From positions 2,583 through 66,582 of the forward strand of contig CAWBYA010000002.1 of assembly GCA_963792895.1 (NCBI GenBank): a stretch of 64,000 bases of DNA. Reading direction: 5' to 3'. Positions 19,338 to 30,705 of the stretch are shown here, piece by piece (positions within the stretch are counted from its first letter, which is position 1; each line of letters starts with the position of its first letter). This DNA comes from an uncultured Acidimicrobiia bacterium. GTDB taxonomy: Bacteria > Actinomycetota > Acidimicrobiia > Spongiisociales > UBA5794. The notes beneath the pieces were generated by a model. It was given only the letters and a program-made list of their open reading frames with translations, searched no databases and was not told the origin of the DNA. The position numbers and the translations under genes were made by a program.

Positions 19338-19802
19338 CTACTCCTCGGTCGGCTCGAGGATGACGACGGCCGTCTCGCCGGATCGACGCGCCGCGTAAGC
19401 ATCGAGGTTGTCGTCGATGGTGCGCCATTGGCTCCACAACCGTGATCGCTCGTCTCCGGCGGCAGCTCGGCCTTTCACCGTGCGTCGTCCATCTTTGAGC
19501 TCAATCGTGGCGAGTGGATTCGCTTGGAGGTTCAGCCACCACGCCGGTTCGCCGTCTGACCATCCGTTCATCGCCATCGTGACGAGGTTCGGGCCCTCTT
19601 CGAAATAGCCGACCATGACGCTTCGCTCCTGTCCGGAGCGGCGGCCCGTCGTTGTCAGCCGGGCGGTACCCCACTTCCCGGGCTTTGGGCGCCAAAGACC
19701 GATGCGACCACCGGTGACCCGGTACAACCCCCGGTGTGTCGACCAGGCAAGTCGAACGAACCATCGCGGGGGCACCCACGCCCGCTTCTGCTCCTCTGCC
19801 AT
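19338..19802 (-). CDS. Deazaflavin (F420)-dependent nitroreductase family (Ddn/DUF385)
   Basis: LTTTGRRSGQER, NG..EPAWWLNLQANP and YAARRS..VVILEP. Confidence 0.88.
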   Translation of the reverse strand: MAEEQKRAWVPPRWFVRLAWSTHRGLYRVTGGRIGLWRPKPGKWGTARLTTTGRRSGQERSVMVGYFEEGPNLVTMAMNGWSDGEPAWWLNLQANPLATIELKDGRRTVKGRAAAGDERSRLWSQWRTIDDNLDAYAARRSGETAVVILEPTEE

Positions 19803-20016
19803 TGGATCTCCTGACGATGCGTTGTCAGCTCGCATCATGATTGGCGGATCGCTCCCGGTGCCAGGGCCAACGGACCCGCTTTCGACACCTCCGGCCCCAA
19901 GGTTCAAGACGCCATCTGCCCGACGGAGCGCCGGCGTCACCTGACGAGCACGACGAATCGCTCCGGACCCGGGCAGCAGCTGCCCAGCTGCGGGCCCTGT
20001 GGTGAGCTGAGCCGTT

Positions 20017-20631
20017 TCAGCCCTGGGCCCGCTGGCCCTCGGCCGCCTTGGCCACGATCGCCTCGACCCGGCGAGCCCGGGTGTCGTCCTTGACGGCACT
20101 GATCACCCACCACAGCATCGCCTTGCGGGCACTTGGGGGGAATCCGTCCCAGGCAGCACGCGCCGCCTGGTTCGCGTCGAGCGCAGCAGCGAGCGCGTCG
20201 GGCTCGATGAGGTCCTCGACCGGATCGAGGATCGTCCACCAGCCGTTGCCCTTGGCGATCTCGACCGCCCGACGTCCCGCATCGGTCATGAGCCCGGCCG
20301 CCTCGAGATCGGCGACCCGCTGCCGGTTCAGGCGGGTCCAGGTGCTCTTCGCCTTGCGCGGCGTGAACAGCTGCAGGCCGCGGTCGTCGTCGAGCGTGTT
20401 CACGGTCGAGTCGATCCACCCGAAACAAATGGCCTCCTCGACCACCTCGGGGTAGGGACACGCCGGTCTGCCGGTGGCCGTCTTCCACGAGCCGAGCCAG
20501 ACGCCACGCTCCATGTCGTGGTTCGCGGCGAGCCAGGCTCGCCACTGCCGGCGCGATTCGGCGTGGTAGATCGGGTAGTCGAACTTCCACGTCGCCGGAT
20601 GAGCCGACGAGGTGGGCGGAACCGAGGTCAC
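20017..20631 (-). CDS. YdeI/OmpD-associated family protein
   Basis: WRAWLAANH, EEAICFGWIDS, FTPRKAKSTWTRLN, GLMTDAG and KDDTRARR. Confidence 0.85.
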   Translation of the reverse strand: MTSVPPTSSAHPATWKFDYPIYHAESRRQWRAWLAANHDMERGVWLGSWKTATGRPACPYPEVVEEAICFGWIDSTVNTLDDDRGLQLFTPRKAKSTWTRLNRQRVADLEAAGLMTDAGRRAVEIAKGNGWWTILDPVEDLIEPDALAAALDANQAARAAWDGFPPSARKAMLWWVISAVKDDTRARRVEAIVAKAAEGQRAQG

Positions 20632-20650
20632 CGCCGCCGAGCGTCGGCGA

Positions 20651-21253
20651 TCATCGATCGCGGAAGCCCTTGCCCTCGAGGATCTTCGGGGCGTACTTCT
20701 CGACCCGGGCCTCGCGGGTGGCGGCCTGCTTCGCTTCGGAGAAGTAGAGGTTGTACTCACGCTGACGCCCCGGGGTGAGGGCCTCGAACGCCTTCCTGAA
20801 CGCCTTGTCCTCGTCGAGGCGGGCCTGGAGCTCGTCGACGAAGACGACTTCGGGCGCCGGACCGACCTCGAGGCCGGCCTCCTCGACGTCGATCGCCTCT
20901 TCGACGTAGGCCCTGACGGTCTCGGCCAGTCGAGTCACGTCGTCGACCGAGGTGAACTCGATCCGGAGGGCCGATCGCGAGTTGGGGCCTTGTTCGACCA
21001 GGACGCCGTCGGGGTCGCTCAACAAGGCACCCTTGAAGAACATGAGGGAGAGGAAGCCCTTCATCTCCTGGAAGATGGCGATGTTCTTGCCGTCGTGGCT
21101 GAAGCAGGGCTTGCCCCACTTGATCTGCTCGGACAACCCACAGCTCAGCAGGATCGGCCTCAGCGTGGCCATCTCGTGGGGCCACTGCTCAGACCGCTCG
21201 ATGTAGGCATCGATCTTGGTGTCGATGGTCCCTCCGATCACCACGTTGCGCAT
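20651..21253 (-). CDS. YdeI family protein (DUF1801 + OmpD-associated domain)
   Basis: IKWGKPCF, LMFFKGALL, FEALTPGRQREY and AKQAATR. Confidence 0.85.
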   Translation of the reverse strand: MRNVVIGGTIDTKIDAYIERSEQWPHEMATLRPILLSCGLSEQIKWGKPCFSHDGKNIAIFQEMKGFLSLMFFKGALLSDPDGVLVEQGPNSRSALRIEFTSVDDVTRLAETVRAYVEEAIDVEEAGLEVGPAPEVVFVDELQARLDEDKAFRKAFEALTPGRQREYNLYFSEAKQAATREARVEKYAPKILEGKGFRDR

Positions 21254-21543
21254 CGCGAGCGTAGCGACCCGTTTTGCTCATGCGACGCCGAGCCGGGCCG
21301 CGGCCCGGTCAGCGGCGTTCGGGTCCGCCCGCCTGTCGGAGAAAGAGCAGTCCATCGATGACCGCGATCGCAGGCGTGGTCTGGATGCCCGCCATGCTGG
21401 CAACGCAGTATCGGCTCTGTCGGGACTGAGCCTGGGTCGGGCCGCGCTGGTGGCTGCGCTGCCGTACGTCGCCTCGGCGACGGTGGCGGGCACAGGTTCA
21501 TGTCACGCCAGGTCGAGCACCTCCTGTGAGCCGGTGGCGCGGC

Positions 21544-22611
21544 TCAGGCGAAGGCGACGCACGATGGCTGCGCCACCGCGGCGCGAGCGATCGGCTCCCC
21601 GACGTCCGATCCGCCGGCCAGCAGCGGCAGCACGACGACGTCGTTGCTGTACCGGTTTGCAGCCACGAGGTGTCGACCATCCGGCGCCAAGCCAAGACCC
21701 CGAGGCCACTCGCCCCCGCACGAGCGGACGGCGGTTCGGTTCAGGCCGTGCTGCGGGTCGAATGAGAAGACGGCCACGCTGTTGTGACCACGATTGGACA
21801 CGTAGACGTGCGTGCCCGACGGCGAAACCCGGATGTCTGCAGCGGTGTTCCCACCGACGTGCGTCGGGACGGTCGACAACGTCTGCAGCTCGCTGAGGCC
21901 GCCCGCGTGCGCATCGTACCGATAGAGCGTGACGCTGCTGTCGAGCTCGCCCACCACCATCAGGTGACTCCCATCAGGATGGAAGGCCATGTGCCGCGGC
22001 CCGGCTCCCGGAGAGGTCGCGACGTCGCCGTGGCGAACCAGGGACCCGTCGGCCGCGTCGAAGGCATAGACGACGATCTGATCGATCCCGAGGTCGGCAA
22101 CGAGCAGGAACCGGCTGTCTTTGGCGAAGACCGCCGAATGGGCATGGGGACCCTCCTGCCGATCGGCCCTTGGTCCCGAGCCGGAGTGACGCGCCGAGTC
22201 AGCCATCTCGCCAAGCCTGCCGTCGCGCTCGATCGGGAAGACTGCAACATCGCCGCTGCCGTAGTTGGAGACTGCGAGCCAGTTACCGCCGACATCGAGG
22301 TGGCAGGGATGATCGCCACCAGTGGAGCGCTCGTTCAGCGGAACGAGATCGAAGACCCCAGGCCCTCGTTCGATCCGGAAGGCGTGGACGGCTCCGTGCG
22401 CTCCGTCGCTGCGGAGGCCGGTCTCGCTGACCGCAAAGAGATGGTTCCCTGCCGGATGCAATGCGAGGAACGAAGGGTTCCGAATCCCGGTGAACGTCAT
22501 GTCCAACTGCAATCCCGCTGCCGATTCGGTAGCGACGAACGCAGAGATGCCGGGCCCGTCTTCGGCCGCGTAGCTTCCCACGAGCATTCTCTCGTCAGGT
22601 GAGGAGAGCAT
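21544..22611 (-). CDS. Lactonase family protein (6-phosphogluconolactonase-like beta-propeller)
   Basis: NPSFLA, PCHL, NYGSG, RQEGPHAH, DLGID, GPRH, SNRGH and WPR. Confidence 0.9.
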   Translation of the reverse strand: MLSSPDERMLVGSYAAEDGPGISAFVATESAAGLQLDMTFTGIRNPSFLALHPAGNHLFAVSETGLRSDGAHGAVHAFRIERGPGVFDLVPLNERSTGGDHPCHLDVGGNWLAVSNYGSGDVAVFPIERDGRLGEMADSARHSGSGPRADRQEGPHAHSAVFAKDSRFLLVADLGIDQIVVYAFDAADGSLVRHGDVATSPGAGPRHMAFHPDGSHLMVVGELDSSVTLYRYDAHAGGLSELQTLSTVPTHVGGNTAADIRVSPSGTHVYVSNRGHNSVAVFSFDPQHGLNRTAVRSCGGEWPRGLGLAPDGRHLVAANRYSNDVVVLPLLAGGSDVGEPIARAAVAQPSCVAFA

Positions 22612-23519
22612 GCGCTACGTCCGACGACGGGCCGTGAAGCCGAGCTCGGCCACGGACTCGGCCTCGCCATGTTCAGGAGCCGGTTCACGATCAGCGCGGC
22701 ATCGTGCTCCCAGCCCAAGATCTCAGCCGCCTTCCGACAGTCGAAGAAGCCCCGCGTGCCGCTGAGGTCTCCCCGCACCGGCACCGTGGGGTAGTACGTG
22801 GCCCTGAGGTCCAGCGACGGTGTGTCGACCATGGTTTCTGGGGCCACGATGTAGAACGTCTCGTGCCCCGCGAAATCGGCCGTCACCCCGAGCAGAAAGG
22901 CGCGGGCCGCGGCTTCCCTCATGGTGTAGCCCCACAGATGCCGTTCTGCGATCTTCTGGTCCGTGTCGATCCAGCGGGCGGTATCGGCACGGTCGGCAAC
23001 GACGCCGTGCAACCGCAAACTGGCGATCGTCACGTTGTCATGGCGACGGGCGATCGCATCCGCTTGCTGCTCGCAGATCCATTTGGACAAGCTGTAGGGA
23101 TCCTCGGCGTAGGACGGATGGTGCTCGTCCAGAGGGAAGTAGTCGTAGCGCGGCGGCCACCGGCTGAACCTGCCACCGATCGCATTGACGCTCGACGCCT
23201 GACACACTCGTCGAACGTCTGCTGCGGCGGCTGCACGAAGTGCGTTGTAGCTGGAGACGACATTGTTGCTGTGAACCACCTGATCCGGAGCACGGCCGGG
23301 GCCGCTGATCGCAGCAAGGTGAATCAAGGCTTGACACCCTGCGATTGCCTGCTCGAGCGACGCGTAGTCCCTGACGTCGATCTCGAGAGCAGTTGTAGCT
23401 CGGGTCGCCGATTCGTGGTGGCTACGGTCGATGGAGACGACGGTATGGCCTTCTGCCACTGCGAGCTCGATGACGGCCCGACCGACCCGGCCATTGCCCC
23501 CTGTCACAGCGATCTTCAT
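22497..23519 (-). CDS. NAD-dependent epimerase/dehydratase; true stop probably near 22690
   Basis: VTGGNGRVG, IHLAA, ASSVNA and YSLSK; tail after ILGW overlaps the lactonase gene. Confidence 0.85.
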   Translation of the reverse strand: MKIAVTGGNGRVGRAVIELAVAEGHTVVSIDRSHHESATRATTALEIDVRDYASLEQAIAGCQALIHLAAISGPGRAPDQVVHSNNVVSSYNALRAAAAADVRRVCQASSVNAIGGRFSRWPPRYDYFPLDEHHPSYAEDPYSLSKWICEQQADAIARRHDNVTIASLRLHGVVADRADTARWIDTDQKIAERHLWGYTMREAAARAFLLGVTADFAGHETFYIVAPETMVDTPSLDLRATYYPTVPVRGDLSGTRGFFDCRKAAEILGWEHDAALIVNRLLNMARPSPWPSSASRPVVGRSACSPHLTRECSWEATRPKTGPASLRSSLPNRQRDCSWT

Positions 23520-23706
23520 CGGCCGTCATCCTTCTGCGTTGCCGCACATGCTGTGGAGCCGGAGACGCCCCCTGGGCGCAGGGTCCGCTCCGGCGAGGCC
23601 GCGCACCTTACTGCCGGTCCGCAGTCGTCGGGCACGGTCGCGTGGGTCCGAGCCCCGGCGCTTGCACGACTGGTGCGCTCGGGCGCAGCATGACGTTGTC
23701 GAGACG

Positions 23707-24693
23707 ATGGGAGCTTGCGAAGTGACGGCAGCCTTTGAGGACGGCGCACCGGCGGCTGGACCGTTCGACATGGTGTGTGTCGGAGAGACGATGGTCGCCT
23801 TCGTCGCACGTGGCGATCAGCGGCGGTATGTCGCCGTCACCGCAGGCGCCGAATCCAACGTAGCGATTGGCATGGCGCAACTGGGGTGCCGAGCGCGCTG
23901 GGTCTCGCGGCTCGGCGACGACCCGCTCGGCGCATTCGTCGAAGACTCGATCGCCGCCGGAGGAGTCGACGTGGCCGTGGCCCGAGACGAAACAAGGCCA
24001 ACCGGCGTATTGACGAAGCACGTCACCGATGCAGGAACCCGCGTGCAGTACTACCGCAGCCAGAGCGCGGCCCGAGCGCTGTCGGCCGACGACTTGAGCC
24101 GCGCCGGCCACAGCCGATGGATGCACGTGACCGGCATCACCTCGGCGATCTCGACTTCCGCAGCGGACCTGGTCGAAGCAGTGATCGACCGCCGCACCGG
24201 TCACGTTGGACGCGTCTCGTTCGATGTCAATCACCGTCCCGCGTTGTGGCCGGACATCGCGACCGCTTCCCGGTCGCTGTTGTCGCATTGCCGTCGCGCC
24301 GACGTCGTGTTCATCGGCGACGACGAAGCGGAGGCGCTGTTCGGCACCTCGGAAGCCGCCGGGCTGGCCGAGCTGATCCTGCGGCGAGACGACCAGGAGC
24401 TCGTGTTGAAGCAGGGCGCCATCGGCGCTTCGGTCGTCACTCGTCGTGGTGAAGCGTTCGAGCCGGCGGTGCCGGCCGAAGTCGTCGACCTCACAGGCGC
24501 GGGGGATGCCTTCGCCGCCGGTTACCTGGCGGCGTCGTGTTTCGGCTGGCCCGTGCGGGCCCGTCTTCAGCTTGGTCATCTCTTGGGTTCCCGGGTCGTG
24601 GGCGTGCTCGAGGACGTGCCCCCGCCGTTCTCGCCCACCGAGGTCGAGGCGCTTTCGCCCGATGCGCTCGCGGCGAGGTGGGCCGCGCTCTGA
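23707..24693 (+). CDS. PfkB sugar kinase (KDG kinase-like)
   Basis: GETM, AGAESNVA, LGDDPLG, FDVNHRPALW and DLTGAGDAFAAG. Confidence 0.9.
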   Translation: MGACEVTAAFEDGAPAAGPFDMVCVGETMVAFVARGDQRRYVAVTAGAESNVAIGMAQLGCRARWVSRLGDDPLGAFVEDSIAAGGVDVAVARDETRPTGVLTKHVTDAGTRVQYYRSQSAARALSADDLSRAGHSRWMHVTGITSAISTSAADLVEAVIDRRTGHVGRVSFDVNHRPALWPDIATASRSLLSHCRRADVVFIGDDEAEALFGTSEAAGLAELILRRDDQELVLKQGAIGASVVTRRGEAFEPAVPAEVVDLTGAGDAFAAGYLAASCFGWPVRARLQLGHLLGSRVVGVLEDVPPPFSPTEVEALSPDALAARWAAL

Positions 24694-24858
24694 CCGGTAC
24701 GACGAAGGGACACCTCCCGCTCGATCATGCCGATGCATTCCTGGTGGACCCGACGGGCGCACCGCTGTTCCCTCACGAAGCCGGCCGGCGGATCGAGCAA
24801 AGCCGAGGCGCAGGCCGGAAGGGTGCCGTCCGTCACGATCCCCACTGACCTGCCGGGG

Positions 24859-25557
24859 CTATCCCGAGTGAGATCGATCCCCGGCTCTGCTCGTTTCGGC
24901 TCGTTCCTTGACGGCGAGCAGCATCTCGCGGCTCATCACAAAGCCAACCGGTTCCAGGAGCAGCGGTGAGAAGAAGAGCCGTTCGGCCGTTGAGGCGCCG
25001 AACCCGTTCTTCCCGCGTTCGATGAGGCGACATGCATCGGGACCTTCGGGTATGACATGGAAGGCCCACAGGGTGTCGACCGTGTGGGTTGAGGCCGCGC
25101 CCGGTGCGTCGTCTTCTGGCCGGCTGGTCAGAACCAGCGATCGGCCGGGCTCCAAGAGGGCGACGTGGAGGGGCGGTGCCGTGGGGTGGAGGCGGATGGG
25201 GTCACCGACGGTGAGTGTCTGATGTTCGGGGAGGACGAGGTCGGTGTTCGTGATGTGGCATCCGATGAGGTTCTCGAGCCTCTCGAAGGAGTAGAACCCG
25301 CCTCGTCCCTGTCCCATCTGGACGATCCAGGGCCATACTTCTTCCGCCGGTGCCGCGATCGATACGGCGCGGGTGAACTCCCATGCGGCGTCGCCGATGA
25401 GGTCCTCGCCCGCCATTGTGGGGTCCGGCTCGTTCGGGCGGGCCCCCCACCGTTTGCGCCACGAGCTGCGCCACGGCGCAAACACGTGGTAGGTGATGTG
25501 CAGAAGCGCCCACCATGTGCGCCTGAACGAGCGCTGTCTTGCGCGGGTGTGGTCCAT
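24859..25557 (-). CDS. SRPBCC-like protein
   Basis: TRAVSIAAPAEEVWPWIVQMGQGRGGFYS..GFVMSREML. Confidence 0.75.
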   Translation of the reverse strand: MDHTRARQRSFRRTWWALLHITYHVFAPWRSSWRKRWGARPNEPDPTMAGEDLIGDAAWEFTRAVSIAAPAEEVWPWIVQMGQGRGGFYSFERLENLIGCHITNTDLVLPEHQTLTVGDPIRLHPTAPPLHVALLEPGRSLVLTSRPEDDAPGAASTHTVDTLWAFHVIPEGPDACRLIERGKNGFGASTAERLFFSPLLLEPVGFVMSREMLLAVKERAETSRAGDRSHSG

Positions 25558-25770
25558 CGGCTCCATCTTGGGCCAGATCGCTCGGACGTGCCAGGGGCCT
25601 TCCGGTACGCAATCCCGAACCGGGTGTGTTGGAGGCGGCATCCCAAACCGGACGGCAGACTCGACGGCCTGGGCGGCTCACAGCCCCAGGGTGCTCCCCG
25701 AGTCGCTTGGCACAATACGCGGGTATGCCTCTCGTGACGGGCGCGTCCACCCCATGGATATTCTCTTGAC

Positions 25771-28211
25771 ATGGGTTGGCGACGATGGCGGGATTCGCCG
25801 CGGCCGCTCTCCTCGGTGTCGTCCCGGCGGGAGTCGCCCTGGGCGACCAGCCGCCACGCAAGGGCCAACGAAAAGGTGGCCGAGGGCCGCGCCCTCGTGG
25901 CAGCCGTGCCCAACGTGATCGAGGACGATCCGCAGCTGGCGCTCCTGTTGTCCGTGGCAGCGGCCGATCTTCTCGGGGATGTCCCGGCTGCCGCCTCTGC
26001 GCTGCACCAGAGCATTGGCGGCGAACGCACCATCTACGAAGCCACCTGGCCCGACGACCTGGACCCGCCGAGCGTGAACGGCGACATCAGCGGTGACGGT
26101 CGGCTGCTCGCCGTCGCCGGTGCAGCGGGCAATCGCGTCGAGGTGCACGACATCGATGCGGGAGGTGTGGTGTGGAGCCACGAATTCACGCTCGAGTCTC
26201 CCGAGGACGCCGAAATCTCGGCGAAGTTCGTGAACGACGACCGTGAGCTCCTGGTCGGCGTCGGCTGGTACGACGCGGAATCGCCTCAGGTCCCACCCGA
26301 GGTCGGCCTTCATGTCTTCGACGCAATCACGGTGACGTGATTCGCAGGTTGGATGCCGGCCCGTGTGGCCCGATGGCCAATCTGCTTGGCTTCGTCCGAG
26401 AGAACAGCGACACCTTCGCAGCGATCGTTGGAGTCTCCCTGGAGTTCTTCGAAGAGTCCGGCTGCACTCTGGAGCGGGACCTCGGCCCCAGGCTCGACGC
26501 ACTGCGTGTCGACGTCCTGACCGGGGACGTGACCCCGATCGTGTCCGGATGGGATATGGGCGAGACGTTGCTCACCGCCGGCATGAGCGCCGATGGGCGG
26601 CGTGCCATCATCGGCCCTGAGAGTGACGATGACCCGGCCGTGGTGATTGACATCGACAGCGGTGAAGTCATCCAGACGCTCGATTTCGCGTTCACCAACA
26701 ATGTCTTCACGCTGAGCCCGGACGGCACGCTCGCTACTGCTCCTGGACCCATTGGGCTCGCCTTGTATGAGGTCGAGACGGGAGCGCTCTATCTCAATCT
26801 GCCGCCACCGCAGGCCGAAACGGTCATCGTTGGTGCGAGGTGGTCGGAGGACTCGCGCCAACTCCTGGTCTCCGACATCACCGGCACAGTCACGGTCTAC
26901 GACGTCGAGACCGCTTCCGTCTTCACGACTCTTGCGTCCCCAGGGGCCAACGTGGAGCTGATTCGCATCACCGAGGATGGCCAACGTGTCGCGACCGTCA
27001 CGGCGGATGGGCCGGAGGAGCCGGACCAACACGCAGCCCGAGTGTCCACCATGAACGGCAACGAAGCGGGTCGCTTCGCACCTTGTTCGCCGAGTACGGG
27101 GCCGTTCTACCTCGTGGATGGCGTTGAGGTGCACGAAGACCTCCTAACCGTGTTCGCCATCTGCGAGGCCGGGAGAATCGGTCTGGCGAACCCGCCCGAA
27201 GCGTTCACCTATTCACGGGAGACCGGCGAACGGATTGCTCGGCACCAGGCCATCTTCCAGAACATCGACGTGGCCGACGGCAGTTTGGCCGCCATGCAGA
27301 TCTGGACCGGGGGCGGCGAGTCCATCTTTGCGGGCGAGCTGGCGATCACCGACCTCCGGACAGGAGAGGTCGTCGATGTGCTGGCCGGCGTGTGCGGCTG
27401 GGAGTGGCAGAACGGACCTGATGAGTGCGCATCAGGATCGGGTACTCCTATCGTCAACACCGAGATCGCGATTTCGCCGGCCGCCGACGTCGTCGCCATT
27501 GCGAGCGAAGACGGCAATACAGGCCTTGCGTGGAATCGCTCATCAGGTGTGACCGCGCAGCTCGGTCGTCCCGAGTCTGAAACGGACGGCGCCGTATTCC
27601 TCGTTGAGGTCTCCGGCGACGGGACCCGACTGGCAGCAGCACAAGAAGCGCGCATCGGCGATGCGGTCGGCACGAGGTTGTTCTTGTACTCGACAGACGA
27701 CTTCAGGCTGCTGGCGGAGGTGCTCTACGAAGATACGGCGCTGGTGAAGACCGGCATCCGTTTCAGCCCGGATGGGAGCATGCTTGCGGGCAATGCGGGT
27801 GCATCAGTGGTGTTCTTCGATGCAACGACGCTCGAACAGGTTGCCGTGCTGCCCGACCCACACGAGCTGGAGATCCGCAACATCGCGTACAGCAATGACG
27901 GCTCGATGCTGGCGACCACCGGCCTGGACGGTTTCGCACGCGTCTGGTCTCTCGACGGCCTCGAACTGCTGCATGAGATCGATGTCGGCAGCCTGGGCTC
28001 CGGAGTGGCGTTCGCCGCCGAGGACCGCCAGCTCGCTGTGCTCACCAGGCAGGAAGGGCTGCAACTGTTCCATCTGGACCACCATGCCCTGGTCGGCGAG
28101 GCCTTGGATCGGATCGTCCGGGGGTTCACAGAGGCCGAGTGCTCGGTGCAGTTCCCTGACGGCGGATGCCCGACTCTGGAGGCGCTCCGACAACAAGAAG
28201 GCGCAGCCTGA
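25771..28211 (+). pseudogene. WD40 repeat region of an nSTAND-type protein with the N-terminus missing; frameshift near 26337
   Basis: Begins at RALVAA..DDPQLALLLSV (post-TM motif shared with 36815-42007), has SPDG/WD repeats and ends RGFTEAEC..GCP. Confidence 0.75.
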
Positions 28212-28378
28212 CTGCCCGACGTCGAGGGTCACGGAACTCGGTCATGGCCGACGCCGGCCTGCGTATTGCCATCCGGCAGTTGCGGCTTCTTCGTGGTCGA
28301 CCGCCGGCAGCTCTCGGGACTCCTGCTCGGGTACGCTGCCGGCATGGATGTCGAATCGACGGGCACAACGGCCGTCTG

Positions 28379-28801
28379 ATGGAAACGCTCCCCATCGAGG
28401 CCCTCATCGAGGCGGCTACTGACGTGAGCCGGAACGCGTACGTTCCCTACTCGGGCTTCCGCACCGGCGCTGCAGTGCTGACCGAGGACGGGGAGGTCCA
28501 CGTCGGGGCGCTCGTCGAGAACCTGGTGTTCGGCGTCGCCATGTGCGCCGAGCGCGTTGCGCTGTTCAGTGCAGTTGCGGCCGGTTCGTCCCCACCCATC
28601 GCTCTGGCTCTCGTGGCGCCCGAGACCGCCGGGCAGCTGACCCGTCCCTGCGGACCGTGTCTCCAAGTGGCCATCGAGCTCGGTGGACCCGAGATGACGG
28701 TCATCTCGGCGCCTATCGCCGGCGGGGACCGTGGCTACGAGACGACCACGGTCGCGGACCTCGCTCCCGGCATCCCGCGCCGGAACCGTCCTTCACGCTG
28801 A
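28379..28801 (+). CDS. cdd: Cytidine deaminase
   Basis: AYVPYSGFRTGAAV, VEN, CAER and PCGPC zinc motifs. Confidence 0.9.
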   Translation: METLPIEALIEAATDVSRNAYVPYSGFRTGAAVLTEDGEVHVGALVENLVFGVAMCAERVALFSAVAAGSSPPIALALVAPETAGQLTRPCGPCLQVAIELGGPEMTVISAPIAGGDRGYETTTVADLAPGIPRRNRPSR

Positions 28802-28871
28802 CCGACGGAGCCTGGCGACCCTCGTGCTTGGGCCAGGCTGGCAACCACCGCCATTGCCCCGGCAGGTCCAT

Positions 28872-29250
28872 TCACCATCGCCGCCGGCGAAGGCAGATGG
28901 GAAGGCCGGGCACGTGACTCGGTAGGTGACGTCGCCGAAGAAGCGGACCCATTCTGCCTCGGTGATGTTGCGGTCCGCCCGCCGACACCCTGCCTCCGCC
29001 AAAGCGTGGTGTCCAGGTCGCAGCGTGCCGTCTCGAACAGCGTGTTGCCCCCGGCAGGCGCCGTGACGATGGCGACCTCCTGATCGTCGTGAGCACGACG
29101 CCGCCGAGGTCGGTGCCCTGGTTGATGAAGGTCGGCGTGAACCGTGCGCTGAGGCGGTCTACCACCACGAGTCCGGTGGTGATGTCGACGAGCCGGACCT
29201 TTTGCGTACTCCCGGTGGGGCGAACGCCGGCGGCCCAGTGCTGTGATCGG
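28872..29250 (-). pseudogene. C-terminal remnant of a WD40/nSTAND protein
   Basis: CRRADRNITEAEWVRFFGDVTYRVTCP matches the conserved tail of such proteins. Confidence 0.55.
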
Positions 29251-29344
29251 GGGAGTCGGCGGCGGACCATCGATCCAGAACGCGCCACCACTCGCGCCGT
29301 TTCCCTTCGCCGTGCTGCCGGCGCCGCAAGCCCGCCGCGAACGA

Positions 29345-30705
29345 CTACACCCACACGATGGCACTCACGGCGACACCCACGGGTGTCAGGAGCCATACGA
29401 TCAGCCACCGCCTCTTCCAATCGAAGATCTCGGTCACGAGGTGGGCTTCGGCATTCTGGCGGTACTGCGGCGTGATGTCCTTGAGATCTCGAAGGAGCGC
29501 CGTGGAGCTGTTGCGGAGCTGCACTCGGCTCCACACGAACAGGGCGATCGTGGCTCCGGAGAGGAAGAGCCCCCAGCTGATCACCACCACGAGGACCTCG
29601 GTACGTCCTTCGATGCCTATCGCCGTCGTCGCACGCGAGTACCCCGCGGCTGCCACGACAAGCGTGAGTCCCGCCGCCGCCACCACGGCAGCGGCGGCCC
29701 AACTCACCTGGTCCAGCTCGCTGATGATGCGGGTGCGCTTCCCCAGCTCGAACTCGTGCGCAGAAGGCGACGTCCATGCCACTCCCAGCGCCGTGAGGAT
29801 CCAGGGGCCGAGGAGGACGACGAATGACACCATCAACACCCAGGTTCGCGCGGCTCCCCACGCCAGCGGCGGTGACGTGGCGAAACCTGCGACCACCCAG
29901 GCGGCGAGCAGCAGAATGAACGCATAGGTGATCAGTACCGGTCGCCATCGGATACGCACCAACCCGCGCCCCACGAGGTGTGTCCAGAGATAGTGGTGTC
30001 CAACCACCGCCAGGCTGCTCCACAGCGCCAGTTCGATGACAACCGCGACAACCCAGGCCGTGTCGCGTTGTTGGAATCGCGCGGTCACGGCAGCGTTCCC
30101 GGGTAACGCGGTTGCCAGCATCAAACCACCGAAACCACCGAGTACCGCAGCCAGCACCGCGGCACCCGCCGGCAGTTTCCCGAGCCGATAGCGCGCGCAG
30201 GCTCGATCTCGTTTTCCAGTCCCTTGGTTCGGGCACGCTCGCGGTCGATCTCCTCGAGGTGCGACCGCAGACACTCCACCACCCCGTCGAGGTCGGAGGC
30301 TTCTGCGAACGGCACTGCATGGAGGTCGGTGAGAGCCGCAAGGTGGTCGGGGACGTCGCGCCGGGTCAGCGGTTCGGCCCCGTCGATCAACACAGGAAGG
30401 ATCCGCTTGTTCTGAGCGAGCGCACTGCTCACCTCTCGTGCCACCCAGTCTGCAGGGTCGAGGATCCTGGCTCGGCCATCGCTGCGGGGCCCAAGCCAGT
30501 TGGGTCCGATGACCGCCACGAGGATGTCGCAGCCCCTGACCTCCTCCTCGATGGCGCCGGGGAAGTCGTCGCCGCAGCGCAGCTGGCTGTCTTGGAAGGC
30601 GGTCCTCAGATCGGTGACCACATCGAGCTGGCGAAGCCGCTCTGCGATCCAACCCACCGCATAACGTCCGTCCGCCCGCCGGTAGCTAAGGAACACCCTC
30701 GCCAT
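29345..30705 (-). CDS. TIR (TIR_2) domain fused to multi-pass membrane domain; frameshift near 30195
   Basis: VFLSYRRAD, GDDF, LVAVIGPNW and DWVAREV; the second frame holds about 6-7 hydrophobic helices. Confidence 0.75.

Noticed and set aside
28379-30705. Cytidine deaminase plus TIR as one defence system
   Set aside because: The genes are convergent and separated by a remnant, and the deaminase looks like ordinary Cdd.
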